DNA from: Hemiscyllium ocellatum
Taxonomy: Eukaryota
DNA length: 64,000 nucleotides
NCBI RefSeq assembly: GCF_020745735.1
Contig: NC_083409.1
Coordinates: forward strand, 19,736,341 to 19,800,340
Direction: 5' to 3'
Shown: piece by piece, positions 24,672 through 38,459 of the stretch
Position numbering within the stretch: the stretch's first letter is position 1
Layout of the letters: each line of letters opens with the position of its first letter
Translations under genes and position numbers: made by a program
The notes under the pieces: model-generated
The model's database searches: none
What the model was told of the DNA's origin: nothing
What the model saw: only the letters and a program-made list of their open reading frames with translations

Positions 24672-26880
24672 TTTTTTTAGTAAATATTTATTGAAAAAAT
24701 ATTATATTATAATACTGTAATGTGAATAAACCGCTGGCTATTGTTCAAGATACAGTTGTCTCATATTTGCTTCACTTAAAACAAATCAGCACAAATTCAA
24801 ATTAAATAAAATAACACTAAATTTAATTACAATCCACTAAAAGTAAATTGCACTACATTGTACTATATTACATGACTCCACTCGCTGCACCCTCCATCAA
24901 AGCTCCTGTCCACAGGAGCCACAGTGATTATACTCGTATTTATGAGACCACACCCCCCCCCCACCCACCCACCAAATCCCCGTGATCCCCGGACCACCAC
25001 ATACAGCCCTCATGCCTCTATAAAGGCCCTAATCAGTACTGCCGACAGATCCATGTTGATGTAAATTAGAAAGGGCCGCCATGTCTTATAAAATTGCTGT
25101 ATTCCGTGGTGCCCCATACTGTTAGGTAATCTTGAGTGACGTGCTCCATCACAAGTCTGTGCCACCTTGAAAGACCTGGAGGCTTTGCTGATATTCAATT
25201 CATTAGGATGTCCTTCCTCACATAATGTGTAAGAATGTTGAATAACCTCTTCCCATGCTCACCCAAAGAGGGAAGTTTCGGTCGTTCCCAAAAGGAGAGA
25301 CACCAGATCCTCCCAAACTTCCATTCCCAGGATTGTCTCCAGCTCATTCACTATGGCCCCCCCCAGGATTCACGGATCTTGTAACAGGACCAAAAGCAAT
25401 GTGTAAGGATGTCAATGCTGTTTTTACATTTAGGACATTTCGGGGAAGACCCTTTCTTAAACTTTGCTAACCTCTCTGGCTCCATTTGGGTCCTGGGGAG
25501 GATCTTCAATTGCATTGCTTGTGCCTTATTGTAGATTGAAATTTTCTTTACAGTCCCTCATACATCCTCCCACATTTCCAATGAGATTTCTTCCCTTACC
25601 TCCTGATTCCAAATCTCCCTGACTCTCTCCATGTCCCCCAAGGCATTCTCTCTCTGCAGATGATATGAGGTACTAACTGAAAGAGTGCCCCCTCATCGGA
25701 GAACTCTTCATTCTATATCCAACTTGTTGGGCTTGGTCAAGAACGTAGTCTTCTTCTATATGTAATCCCTAACCTGGAAATATCGGAAAAGATCCCAATT
25801 AGGGATTTCGTATTTCTGACCTAATTGGCGAAAAGACATCAAGACCCCTCCGTCAAATAAATCTCCCAGACAGGGGATTCGATTACGCTCCTATGCTCTG
25901 AAGCTGGAGTCCTTTGATCCCAGTCTAAATCCTGGGGCTCCCATTAATGGGGTAACTACAAATAGCCTCCACCCTGCCGCATTATCCTCCATGCTTTACC
26001 GTATTTATGATAATCAGACTTTCACAATGCGCACCTACCGATCTCATCTTATCCATGAACAGTAAGTTTCTAAAGGGACATCTCACCTGCGAGGCCTCTG
26101 CATCAAGCCACATCGACTTTGAGTCATTACGCACCCATTCACCTACATATAGCAACAGGGTGCTGCTTTGATACTTTTCAGATCTGGGAGGTCCACCGCC
26201 CACCCTCCATATCCTGCGGAAGTTGCAATTTGGTAAATTTAATTAAATTGCGCCGACAGCACAAAATAAATGATGCAAGCCATCCCACAAACCTCCGCAG
26301 CACCTGGTTGGGTAATAACAAAGGGAGCACCCTCACAGGATAGAACCCCCAAGGAACAACATTCACTTTAATCAAGGCTATACGGCCGAGCCATGATCTG
26401 GGTATTCCCTCCCATCGCTGCAAGTCCTGCTTTACCCTCTCAAACAGCGACACAAGGTTAGCTCCATACAGTTGCGGGAAGTGAGGGGTAATAAAAATTC
26501 CCAGATAGGGAAAACCTTTCTGTGACCATCTAAAAGGAAACTCCATTCCATCCTCCAGCTTCAGTACCTGCACCAATCCCCCCACAGGCAGGACTTCTGA
26601 TTTTGGAAAATTTATTCTGTATCCTGAAAGGTTGATGAATAATTTATTTTTTTTTAATTAGCCAGAGTTTTCAGAGTTAGGTAAAAACAAGAGGACATTG
26701 TCCGTGTAGAGAGTGATTTTTGTTTCCCCAACTCCACCTTCGGTGCCGTTATTTCAGGGTCTTTTCAGACAGTCCCTGCCAGTGATTCAAGTACCAAGGT
26801 AAACAGGAGGGGCAACAGGGAACATCCCTGTCAGCTGCCCCTCCCCACACCAAAATTACTCAATTTCATATTATTCTCGA
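24672..26880 (-). mobile_element. L1-clade LINE, 5'-truncated ORF2 with its own polyA signal and A-tail
   Basis: Minus strand: GRGS*QGCSLLPLLFTLVLESLA (RQGCPLSPLLF), LYTDNVLL (YADD), FPYLGIFIT, WLGRIALIKVNVVP, and the C-terminal FYKTWRPFL. AATAAA (plus strand tttatt 24687-24692) is followed by an A7 tail. Confidence 0.88.
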
Positions 26881-29800
26881 TAACGCCATCCAGATTCATC
26901 TCTCCCATCAACCAATCAGGTCATACTCTCTACCTTTCTCAACCTATCCCCACCTCACCACACAGCTCCCCCAACACCCACCCTGAGTCCTGAAGAAGGG
27001 TTACACCTGAAATGTCGACTCCTGAAGAGGTTAGACAGAGAAGGTTGGATTGCAACAAGAGTCACAGGTACTTCATATCTCATCTCATTGAATCAAACCA
27101 TCGAGCCCATCAATCCTGAAAACAGATTCCAACATTGAAGTCCCATTTGCTGGTTGCACATGTAAAGTCTCTCTCAGGCTGATGAAAGGAAGCTCTCCAC
27201 TGAGAAATTAGTGAGCTTAACCCAGATCCTGAACAACAGCATAACAGAATGGAGTGATATAAATCAGAAACAGTATAAATACAGGGCAGCCTTAATACTG
27301 CAGTTAGCACTGAGTGCAGCCAACACAGAGGGGAATGCTGGGTAGTTTGGTCAGTGTGGAAGTTCGGAGAATTCGGGGATGGAGCCTACCTTTGCTTTTC
27401 CAAACGGATTTGGAACTGTCACTTCAGCTGCTGGGAGCCTGCACATGCACTTGGTTTGAATGAAATAAAATGAAAAACAAGAGAATATGAGTCTGGTAAG
27501 CAGATCAGCTGGGAATTGTTAAGTATGAGGGACTGTCTAAATAGATTGCTTCAGGACGTGTCCATTAGGGAAGGTTTATAAATTGAAAGTACTGAAACTT
27601 CAAAACAGAGATTGAAGACAATTACTGGTCCAATGAAGGAATGGATATTTTTCATTTGTAAGTGAGCTCAATATATTTATTTTATTGAAATTATTCAAAG
27701 TAAATACATGTGTAGTGAACGTATAAAACTACCGGAACTCCCACTTGGAGGCTGAGTTGAAAAAAATGATACATTCAGGAGGGGCGGAGATACCTGGAGA
27801 CTTTGTTCCAGAAGGAAGTTATAGGCCTCAGGACCGCACAGTTCAATAAGGTATGACCCATGAGGGAGGCAAATAGGGAGTTGGAGAATACTATGGGAGA
27901 GGAAAACTCTTCACTCTTCTAAACTCCACTGAGAACAAGGCCAGTCTTTCCAACCCTTCCTCATCACACAGCCCACTCATTCCAGGGATCAATCAAGTAA
28001 AACTCCTCTGAAACACCTCCAATGCATTTATATTCTTCCTTCAATAAGGAGACCAAACTACCCTTAGTATTTGAGACGTGGTCACACCAATGTTCAGGAA
28101 AAACTGAAACATCACAGTCTCACTTTCTGGTCCTTAAACACGCCTACTCTTACTTTTCCCAGCCTTTTTACTGTCCATGTCTAATTGCCCTGGACAAGGT
28201 GGTGATTAGCTGCCTTCTTGAACCCCTGCAGTCTATGTGCTGTAGGTATATCCACAATGCATTTAGGAAGGAAATTCCAGGATTCTGACCAAGTGACAAT
28301 GTAGGAACAGTGTTATAATTCCAAGTCAATCTAGTGAATGGCTTGGAGGGGAACTTGCTGGGGTGATGTTCCCATTGTATCTGCTGCCTTTGTCCTTGAT
28401 TTAAGTAATCATGACTTTGGAAGATGTTGTCTCAGGATTTTTGGTGAATCTCTGCAGTGCATTTGTAAATAATACACAGAGCCGTTACTGAGCGTCGGTG
28501 TGGAGGGGATGGATTTGTGTGGATGTGGTGCCAATCAAGCAGGCTAATTTTTTTTCAACGAGATTTAAATAAAATAATGTAAGACAACATAAAATAAAAT
28601 GAAATAAAAATGTGCTGCCTTTTTGATAAAACAAAAAATTAACTCCTCCTCTCCCCACAGAGACTGCACCTGTTCCCTTTCTCCAGCATCGAGCTTCTAT
28701 TTGAGATTTGCAGTATTTTGTTTATTTATCTGTTTTAATGCCATTGGTTATGAGAGAAGCATTGGCCAGCCCACTGGTGAGATTTTCCCTGAGATGGTCA
28801 CAAAGCCCTTATATTCACATCGACCTGAGAGGGCAGATGGCGTCTTTGCCTTTGCCAGCCTCAGGATAGTGCTCCAATGTCTGGAGTGGGGCTTGAAACC
28901 TGCAGGTTCAGGTGACGGTGTTATCACTGAGGCCGTCTATTCTTTTCTGGGATGTGGGTGTCACTGGCAAGACCAGCATTTGTTCTCCATTCCTAACTGC
29001 CCTGAAACTGAGTGGCTTGCTCAATCTTTCAAATGGCATTTAAGGATCAGCCGCATTGCTGGAGTCCTGGCAGAGTCAGACATCTAAAACAGGTCTACAA
29101 GAACAAGGCCCTTCAGCCCAATGAGCCAAAGCCAGTCAAAACAACCACCCACTATTCTAATTCCATGTTCCAGCACTTGGCCCGTAATCCTGTATACTTT
29201 GGCATCACAGCTGCACATCAAATTACATCAATGTTACGGGAGAGCTTCTGCCTCAACCACCCTTACAGGGAGTGAGTCCCAACAGCCACCACCCTCCGGG
29301 TCAAAACGTTTTCCTTATGTTCCCTCTTAACCTTTGGCCATTTATCTTTAATCTGTACCCCTCCGATCATTGATTATAATATAACCCCACGTCAACAAGT
29401 CTCCCTTCATTGACACATGAACAGTCCTTGACTGTAATGCCTCAGAGAGAGTCAGGCACCGGAGGCTCGGGGTCTCTGACTCTCAGCCTGTTTAAGTCAG
29501 TGAACATTCTCCTTGTTTTCTCCTGGTAATGATTTGAGCTTTTCTTGTGAAACCCAGTTGGGATTTCTTTAATGGCATTGAATCTCCCACACGCTCCCAT
29601 CTCTCTTGATGCTCATCCTTGTCTGGTTAATTCTTCCCATTTCCTTCTATTCTGTCAGTTAATTCCATTTCAGTAAAGTCTGTGATATTTCCAGGGAGGA
29701 TGCGCTCTGGAAACTGCTATTGACAAACTCACTGCCCTTCAATAGAAGGAAGGCCAATGTTTGCAGCAAGCCTGGACTGTGCCCTTGTGTACCTTGCCTG

Positions 29801-30109
29801 AAGGATTCCATGTGATCTGTCAGCCTCCATCCCAGCCTGATAACCATCTCAGACATTGGAAGGAAAGGCCCAGGGAGCAGGTTAACATGGTGCAAAAAGC
29901 CTTTCAGCTGAAGCTTCAGTGTTTGCGCTCAGTATGTATTATCACTTGCTCATTGCTCCCCTTTTACATGATAGTGGAGAGAGAACTCTTGCTGGTGCAG
30001 TTTTTTTAATCATCTCAGGATATTGAAAGCTGTGAGCACAGTGCAGTCACTTTCACGGACAAGATGGTGAGTCCCCCAGACAGGAAACAAATGACGAGAC
30101 AAATCTATT

Positions 30110-30680
30110 CATAGAGTCATAGCGATGTACAGCACGGAAACAGACTGTTCAGTCCAACCAGATATCCCAAAACCCAAAGATCCCACCTGCCAGCACCCGG
30201 CCCATATCCCTCCAAACCCTTACTATTCATGTACCCATTCAAATGCCTCTTAAATGTTGCAATTGTACCAGCCTCCATTACTTTCTCTGGCAGCTCATTC
30301 CATGCACATACCACCCTCTGTGTGAAAAATTTGCCCTTAGGTCTCTTTTATATCTTTACCCTCTCACCCTAAACCAATGCCCACTCGTTCTGGATTCCCT
30401 GACCCCAGGGAAAAGACTTTGCTATTTATCCTATCCATACCCCTCATAATTTTGTAAACCTCTATAAGGTCACCCCTCAGCCTCCAATGCTCCAGGGAAA
30501 ACAGCCCCAGCCTGCCCAGCCTCTCCCTGTAGCTCAAATCCTCCAACCTTGGCAACATCCTTGTAAATCTTTCCGGAACCCTTTCAAATTTCACAACATC
30601 TTTCCGATAGGAAGAGACACGAATTGCCAAATATTCCAACAGTGGCCTAAGTAATGGCCTGTACAACTGCTCCATGTCCT
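30110..30680 (-). mobile_element. CR1 3' end
   Basis: LYRPLLRPLLEY...RFTRMLPRLEDLSYRERLGRLGLFSLEHWRLRGDLIEVYKIMRG. Confidence 0.88.
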
Positions 30681-32379
30681 CCCATCTCCTGTACAGAATG
30701 GGATCTTGTTGAGCCTCCTGATGTGGAGTGTGGGTGGTCGGGGAGTGGTGGTGGTGGAGGCGTAAATGATGGTGCCAGAGACTGTGCAACTTTCAGCAGT
30801 GCACCGCAGTCTCAACCTGGATTCTCTGCTCTCATTTCTGAGGTGGCTTTCAATCCGATGACCATTTTGACGATGAGGCAGGAACATTGCCCATGGAGCC
30901 ACGATCCGTAACAATGTAAACTGTGCGGCTCTGAAGGCCTGAATTTGCATCTCAGCTCGGGAGGATATCAGCTCATTCATCAAATCTGTTTCTGCCCCTC
31001 TGCAGGCTGACCAGGCTGCCGGTGCCTTTCCAACACTCCCTCGTTTCCGCTTTTGTCACAGCTCATTCTCCTGAGGAATTGTTGCGCTCAGAGTCAAAAA
31101 GTGTGGCGCTGGAAAAGCACAACAGGTCAGGCAGTTGTGCTCAGGCCGAGAACATGACCTTGTCCCTCTGTCAGATCCTCTTCGAGAAACTCATGGCTCA
31201 CCACCGCCCTCTCCAGGACAGTTAGGGAAGGGCAACAAGCAAGGATAGAGATGGGGACGCGAAGCCTCAAGTGCTGTTCTCTGCAGTTTGGGGCACGCTT
31301 TGACAGCCATTTGTTAGATTTTTGAGTGTAATTCATTTTTTGCTGATCCCAGTGTCAATCTGAAGGACACTCCACCTTCCTGTCTGACAAACCAGGTTCA
31401 CCCATGTCATGGCTCTATTTCTGGCCGAGACTCCAGTCTTTCAAAGAGATGAATTCAAGCCTCAGCAGTTTAATCATTTGAATTATACGCCATTTATTTT
31501 GATTTCTCCTGAGATGGGGAGGGGGGTGCGCATTGATGTGTCGGTCCTTCCATAATTGCCCTGGAGAGAGTGGTGGTGAATCAAATAATACCTAGGAAGC
31601 AACTGACAGGTCATTCCCACTGGAATTCAATGGAGTGACTGTGGGTTTGTTGATGGCCAATGGATGGAGCAATTACCCATAATCCTCAGTTGCAGTGCAA
31701 GTACTCTATAGTTATGCGAAGGCAGCTGTTTCACGATGCCTGAACAATAAAATGTCAGAAATCACACAACACCAGGTTCTAGCCCAACAGGTTCATTTGA
31801 AATCACAAGTTTTTGAAGCGCTGCTCCTTCATCAGGATAACCCCAGCCCCCCATCGGTATCCCTACATTACTGAACAGTACAAATAAACTGGGGCTCTGC
31901 GAGGATCTTCGGACCATGATACTGATCACACCACAATAAAAAAAGTCCTGCATGCTATGGTTTTTTCAAAACGGAAGTGCTTTGATAAGACTTTTGATTG
32001 TCTTCACGGTGTGCTGTTTTGTTCATTCTGTGATATGCATGGACCATGTCAGTATCACAAAGAATAGTTCCTCCATCAAACACTTTCCAGCACACTCTCT
32101 CCATCTTGCTTGACTCCTTATTGATTTTTCGACATTGTCCCTGTTCCCTCACTCCAACACAGTCCCAGAGGAATTGATGGCTGGAGTTCATGACCTCACT
32201 CTGTGTGAAGGTTGGTGTGAAATGAGGCCAGTGTGTTGGAGTTTGGGCTCCTCCCTCAGGCCCAGGTGTAGGGGCCTGTTCAACAATCTGCACATTGTCC
32301 TTTGTCTCTTTCTGAATGAACTGAATCAAGTTGCAGTAGCGATCTGGCAACAAGGTGTCTTGTCTAAAATGTTCCCAGC

Positions 32380-33470
32380 ATTGGATACAGAACTGGCTGA
32401 GTCAGAGGAGACAGAGGGCAGTGATGGGAGGATGGTTTTCAGAATGGAGGACTGTGATTCCGAGTGTCCCACAGGGATCAGTGGGGGAACTCTGCTTTAT
32501 GTGGTCTGCTTGAATTATTTAAAGGAAAGTGTAGCTGGTCTAATTAACTGTTTACAGTTGATACAAAGATTAGTAGAGTTACAGATAATGAGAAGGATTG
32601 TCAGAGGATACAGCAGGATATAGATCACTTGGATGCATGGACAAAAAATGGCAGATGTAGTTTAATCCAGACAAACATGAGGTGATGCATTTTGAAAGGT
32701 GATGTACAGGTGGGAATTATACAGTGAATGGCAGAATCCTTTGGAGTATTGATATGCAGAGAGATCTGGGTGTGTATGTTCACAGATCACTGAAGGTGGC
32801 AGCACAGGGAGGTAAGGTTGTGAAAAAGGCTTATGGCCTGCTTGCCTTCATTGGAAGGGGCATTGAGTATAAGGATAGGCAAGTCATGCTGCAGTTTATT
32901 GACCATTAGTTAGGCCACACTTGGAATATTGTATACAGTTCTGGTTGCCACACCACCAGAAAGATGTGAATGTTTTGAAGATGATGCAGAAAATGTTTAC
33001 CTAGATATTGTCTGGTATGGGGGATTTTAGTTATGAAGAAAGGTTGGATAGACTGGGTTTGTTTTCACCAGAATGAGGGAAAATGAGGTGTGACCTCATA
33101 GAAGTTTATTAAGTTTTGAATGGCATAGGTCGAGTGGAAAGTATGAGGCTTTTTCCCAGGATGGAGGGATCACTTACTCGGGGACAGAGGTTCAAGGTGC
33201 AAGGGGAGGGGGGAATTTAAAAGAGTTGTGCAAGGCTAGTATTTCACACAAAGGGAGTTGAATACCTGGAACACACTGCCAGAGGATGGGGTGGAAGCAG
33301 ACACAATAGAAGTATTCAAAAACTACCTGCACTTATGCATGAATAGGAAGGGAATAGAGGGATACGAATCCTGTAGGTGAAGATAGTTTCAGTATGGAAG
33401 TGCAAAATGTGTCAGCACAGATTTGTAGGGCTGAAGGGCCTGTTCCTGTGCTGTATTGTTCCTTGTTCTT
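32380..33470 (+). mobile_element. CR1 3' fragment
   Basis: RDLGVYVHRSLKVAAQ...KAYGLLAFIGRGIEYK, with a typical 3' UTR. Confidence 0.85.
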
Positions 33471-33509
33471 TGGTCCCTGCTGTTGAATTGGATTCTCGGG
33501 AGCCAGCTC

Positions 33510-33720
33510 CATATGAAGAGCCTGTTCTCATTCTTTTGTTGAAGTTCATGGGGCAGCTGCTGCTTCCTTGCTACGTCACTGATCAAACCAACAATGGGGA
33601 AAGCCTTTTGATATTTTAAATACACTGTCTACAGGAAAATGTTTGGCCGAGGTTTTAATATTGTTTAATAAGATAATGACGTCAAAACACCAGTGTTGTT
33701 TGCGGCTGAGAACATTTAAC
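33510..33720 (+). pseudogene. Degenerate ankyrin-repeat remnant, probably the N-terminal part of the RNase L-like relic
   Basis: With frameshifts it reads LILLLK/HGA.../VTDQTNNGESLLIF and GFNIV**DNDVKTPVLFAAEN, resembling the ankyrin consensus LLxxGAdvn..dxxGkTPL..Aa and RNase L INDTDSDGKTALLLAVE. It contains stops and frameshifts. Confidence 0.4.
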
Positions 33721-34423
33721 ATCATGATCCAAATTTTAAATGGACCCTTACTCGTGATAATACAGTTTTCAATGTTTCTCTCCCCTTATGTGTTGTGAAG
33801 AGTTTGCAAACATGCTTTGATGAGGACAGTGCATCTTCAACACCGTATGATGGATTGGGCGGCTGCTTGAATTCTTACTTGTGATAATACAGTTTTAAAT
33901 GTGTCAGTGTTACTTTCCCCACTCTCTGGGGGAGTGCCGCTGTCACTATCCCCACCCTTCACTCTCGGGGTGATACCATTTTTAGCATCCTTTCTGTCTG
34001 AGAATGTTCCTATTCTTGTCCCCCACTCTCTCAGGGACAGGGTGGGTGTTTCACACGCACCTGGTTTGTTAGCTCCATTTACTCTCTTGTGAAATGGACG
34101 ATCCCTGTTTTACTCTGGTAACAGTGAGTTAAAGCCCAGTAGAGTTCACCCATCATCTCCATCATATCTCAGGGCCTAACGTTGGTCAGCACTCTCATGC
34201 TCCAGCACATCCCACCACTTCCCGCAATTTTCTCTCTTTCCAATCTTTACTGAACACCTTGTATCCAGGAATCCCCAAGGTCAAAAATCATACGACACCA
34301 GGTTATAGTCCAACAGGTTTATTATAAGACACAAGCCTCGCCCCTTCTTCAGGTGTTCAGAGGAGCAAGCAAGGTGAATTCAATCAACAGAGAAAACAAA
34401 CTCTGCTGTTCATTTCCTTCTCG

Positions 34424-34548
34424 GTTGACTCCGTTCTCCTCAATGACATGAACAAGAGACAAGGCAAGAATAAAGAATATAAGGACACTATCAGTGACCT
34501 TCTGAAATTCATAAGAAACCTCATCCAGCACTTTGATGAATAGAAAGA
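34424..34548 (+). pseudogene. RNase L-like (2-5A-dependent ribonuclease) KEN-domain exon relic
   Basis: Translates [41 protein letters not shown], matching recalled human RNASEL INECVMKKMNK...[23 protein letters not shown]. The polypyrimidine tract ends ttccttctcg| (AG lost), the donor |gtatgt is intact, and there is a TAG at 34541-34543. Confidence 0.8.
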
Positions 34549-34859
34549 GTATGTGAACAATAGTTGGTGGCAATATTTTCCTGCTTTTTCAACTTTTAGC
34601 ATTGATTCAAAGGCAGAATGAGCACCTTCCAAACCCAAGGCCATTTCCATTAGAAGGACAAGGGCAGCAGATACACTGAATACCACCACCTTCAAGTTTC
34701 ACTCAAATCTACATAGCATCCTGATATGAAAATATACTACTGTTCCTTCAGTGTCGCCGGGTCAAAATCCTGGACTACCCTCCCTTAGGGCATTGTGGGT
34801 TTATCTACAGCACATGGACTGCAGCGGTTCAAGAAGGTAGCTCACGACCACCTTGCAAA

Positions 34860-35185
34860 GGGCAGCATTGTGGGTCAGTGGTTAGTGCTGCTCCTTCGCA
34901 GCGCCAGGAACCTGGGTTCAATTCCACCCTGGGATGACTGTCTGTCTGGAGTTTGCACATTTTCCCCATGTCTGAGTGAATTTCCTCCACACACTACATA
35001 GATGTGTAGGTTTGGGGGATTAGCCATGCTGAATTGCACACAGTGTCCAGGGATGTGCAGGCAGGGTGGATTAGCCATGGGAAATGCAGCATTACAAGGA
35101 TGGGGCTGATCTAGACGGGTTGCTGTTTGGTGGGTTGGTGTGAACTGGATGGGCTGAATGGCCTGCTTCCACACCATATAATGAT
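34860..35185 (+). mobile_element. HE1/V-SINE-type SINE
   Basis: GGGCAGCATTGTGGGTCAGTGGTTAG...GGGTTCAATTCC head plus the shared core. Confidence 0.85.
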
Positions 35186-35329
35186 TCTATGATTCTCAAG
35201 GGCAACTAGGAATCTGGCCCAAACAGCAACACCCATGTCCTCCAAGTGAGTTTTAAACAAAAACATCATCTGCACTGCTTACTATTCCATCAGTCTTTGT
35301 GTCAATGTGGAACTATGATTCTCATTAAT

Positions 35330-38070
35330 ACATACAGTAAGTAGTTAAGGCCTCACCACAGAATCCTTGTGGAACACCACTCGTCACTTTCTTTCTCTGT
35401 TGTCTGTCACTAAACCAGCCTCTGAACCAAGTCAAACATTCATCTTCAATCCTATGGGTTTTAATATTGGTCAGCAGACTGTTTTGTGGTAAATGATCGA
35501 GTACTTCTGAAAGTTGATAAGCCTATACATTTCCTATTGTCAGCGAGTACAGACCCAGAGTCCCCGAGCACGCCTGATATGATAAGTCCTTCATCGCCTG
35601 GATCATTCTTGTAAACCCCTCCAATGCCAGTCCATGGTTTCTTAGAATATGGGTCCGAAATCTGCTCACAATATTCCAAATGCAGTCTGACCAGAGCCTT
35701 ACACTGCCTCAGCAGTACATCTCTGCTCTTGTATTCTGGCCCTATTGAAATGAATGCTATCATTTCATTTGCCTTCCCAAGCACAAACTGGACCTGCCCT
35801 GTTAACCTTCAGAGAACCCTGAATGAGGTTCGTGCTTTAGATTTCCAAAAGCTTTTCTCATTTAGCCAACAGTCTTTGCATCTCTTCTTCCCACCAAAGT
35901 GCACACCCTCACACTGTCACACATTGTATTCTGTCTGCCACTTCTTTGTCACTCTCCGAGCCTATCCAGGACCTTTTAGAGCCTTCCCACTTCCTCAACA
36001 CTACCTGTCCCTCCACCTATCTCATGTCATCTGCAAACTTAGCAACAATGTCTTCACTTTCTTCATCCAGATTGTTCATGTATAATGTGAATTTTAAGGT
36101 CCCAACATTGACCCCTACAGGACTCTACCAGTCACCAACGGCCATTTTTCCTCACTCTCTGCTTTATGCCAACCTGCCAGTCCTTAGTCCATGCCAGTGC
36201 CTCGGCCCTCACACTGTATGCTCTTATCTAATGTCAAAGGCCTTCTAGAAATCCAAATACATTACTTCCTTTGACTCTCCTTTGTGTGAATGGCTCATTG
36301 CGTTCTCAAAGAATTCTAACAGATTTGCCAGGCATGACCTCCCCTTGATGAAGCCGTGTTGACTCAGCCCTAGTTTACAATTGCACCTCCAAGTCCTCTA
36401 CAATTTCATCCTTAAATTGAAGTCTAAACCCTTACCAACAACTGAGTCCAGGCTAACTAGCCTATAATTTCCCATCTTCTCCCTCCCTCCCTCCCTTCCT
36501 TCTTAAACAGGGCTGTTATGTGAGCCACATTCCAGTCCCTTGCCCCCATCAAATCCCTCCCCACCACACTGTCATACCCTGACTCCATTGATTCCTGAAA
36601 GATCATCTCCAATACCTCCATAATTTACTCAGTGATCTCCTTCAGAACACACTCATGTAGTTCATCTAGTCTGGGTGATTTATCCACATTCAACCTTTCA
36701 GCTTTGATTCAATTCCTCTGCTATTTCTTCACTTCCTCTAATACTTTCTCCAGCCTCATTTTCCGGCGATCCAATGTCTATTTTTGTCTTCCTCTTCCTT
36801 TTTATACATCTGATAAAACTCGTGCAATCTTCTTTTGTATTACTGGCTAACTTACCCCCACATTTCCCCCTCTCCAGCTTTAATGCTTTTTTATTTATCC
36901 TCTCCAGGTTTTTAAAGGCTTCCTAACCGTCTGGCTTCCCACTTTTCTCTATCACATTGTGTGTTTTTTTCTTTTGCTTTTATGCTGTCCGTGACTTCCC
37001 TCACCAGCCATGGTTGCCTTGTCCTCCCCTGCGTATGTTTCTTCTTTTTTGGGATGAATTCCTGCTCTGCTTCCTGAATTGCCCCCATAAACTCTGCTGT
37101 TTGCTGCCCCACCATCTTACCTGCTCGGCTCCCCTTCCAATCAGCTCTGGCCAGCTCCTTCCTCATGCCTTTGTCGTTACCTTTACTCAACTGAAATACT
37201 CATCCATCTGATTGCAGCTTCTCCCTCTCAAACTGCAGGGGGAATTCTATCATATTATGGTCACTTATCCAGAGGGATACTTTAACCTTCAGCTCATTAA
37301 TCAAGTTTGCCTCTTTCCACATAACTGAATCCAGAACTGCCTGTTCCATAATGGCTCAAACACAAGCTGCTCCAAAAACCATCTCGTAGACATCCATGAA
37401 ATCTTTTTCTTGAGACGCGCTACCCAGTCCACCTATCGATTGAGGTCTGCCCTGACATTTTGTATACGGCTTTTCTGTCTCCTGACTGATTTCCTTCCCC
37501 ACACCCTGATTACTGCTTGGAGACCTGGACATAACTTGCATCAGATTTTTTATTTCTGGCGGTTCCTCAACTCTACCCACCCAGATTCTGCACCATTTGA
37601 CTCTATATCACTTCTTGCTTTGATTTAATTTAATTTCGTACTAACAAGGCAACTCTTGCCCCTTTACCCATCTACCTCTCCCTTTCATAGGACATGTATT
37701 CTTGGATATTTAGTTCCCAGCCCAGATTCCCTTACAGCCATGTCTCTGTGATACCCACGACATCGTTCCTGCCAGTTTCAATCTGCACTACCAGCTCATT
37801 GCATATACTGTGTGCTTTTATGTACAACACCTTCAGCCCTGCATTGACTGCCTTCCTTCTCATCATTATCCTCTTATCTGCTGTGCTTGATGCTCGACTC
37901 TTGTTCCTTTCTGTACTCTCTGTTGTAGTATGTCTTATAGAAACTTGAATAACCTCTCTTGAGCCCTCCTCCACTTTAACTAGTTTAAATTCCTTGGAAA
38001 CTCAATTTACCTCGATTTATGGCATCACTTTGTCTACCTTACTTGGAATGCTTTGTGCATTTAGATACAA
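35330..38070 (-). mobile_element. Old CR1 with AP-endonuclease start and internal deletions
   Basis: Minus strand: LKVLYIKAHSICNELVVQIETGRNDVVGITETWL (endonuclease N-terminus), tether KGMRKELARADW, then RT C-terminal motifs towards 35.4 kb. Confidence 0.85.
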
Positions 38071-38459
38071 ACCCTTTACATTTGTTCTATCATTGATTTT
38101 CCTTGCACTTTTATGGTTCCTTTAATATTCAAAAAATCTATCCCTTCCTTTTATTTTCTGGTAACAATCAATCCCATCCGTAACCGGCAATCCTACCTTC
38201 TCCTTTACCTTCCATTTTCTCATTTTCCATCCAACTGAACCAAATTCCTTTCTCTTTGGGTTGAGTTCAGGACAATATTTATCTTGGACCAACATCGTGA
38301 AGAATGCTCTTTGACCTCATTGCTTCTAGTGGGATCTTGTTGTGTAGAAACTGGCTCCCCCTTTCCTGACATTGCAACAGTGACTTGTTTTAAAACAAGA
38401 TGTAAATGTCTTTGGGAGAGCCTGAGGTGTTAGGGGCTCGATTGAAATACAATTACATT

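Noticed and set aside
30943-31060. Perfect octamer ATTTGCAT plus an ISRE-like gtttccgctttt, as a promoter for the RNase L relic or a lost V
   Set aside because: No leader or V follows, the ISRE spacing is off by one, and short motifs of this kind are expected by chance in 64 kb.
31955-32623. Overlapping 132-aa and 162-aa ORFs
   Set aside because: No recognisable domain or splice structure; the 3' part runs into CR1.
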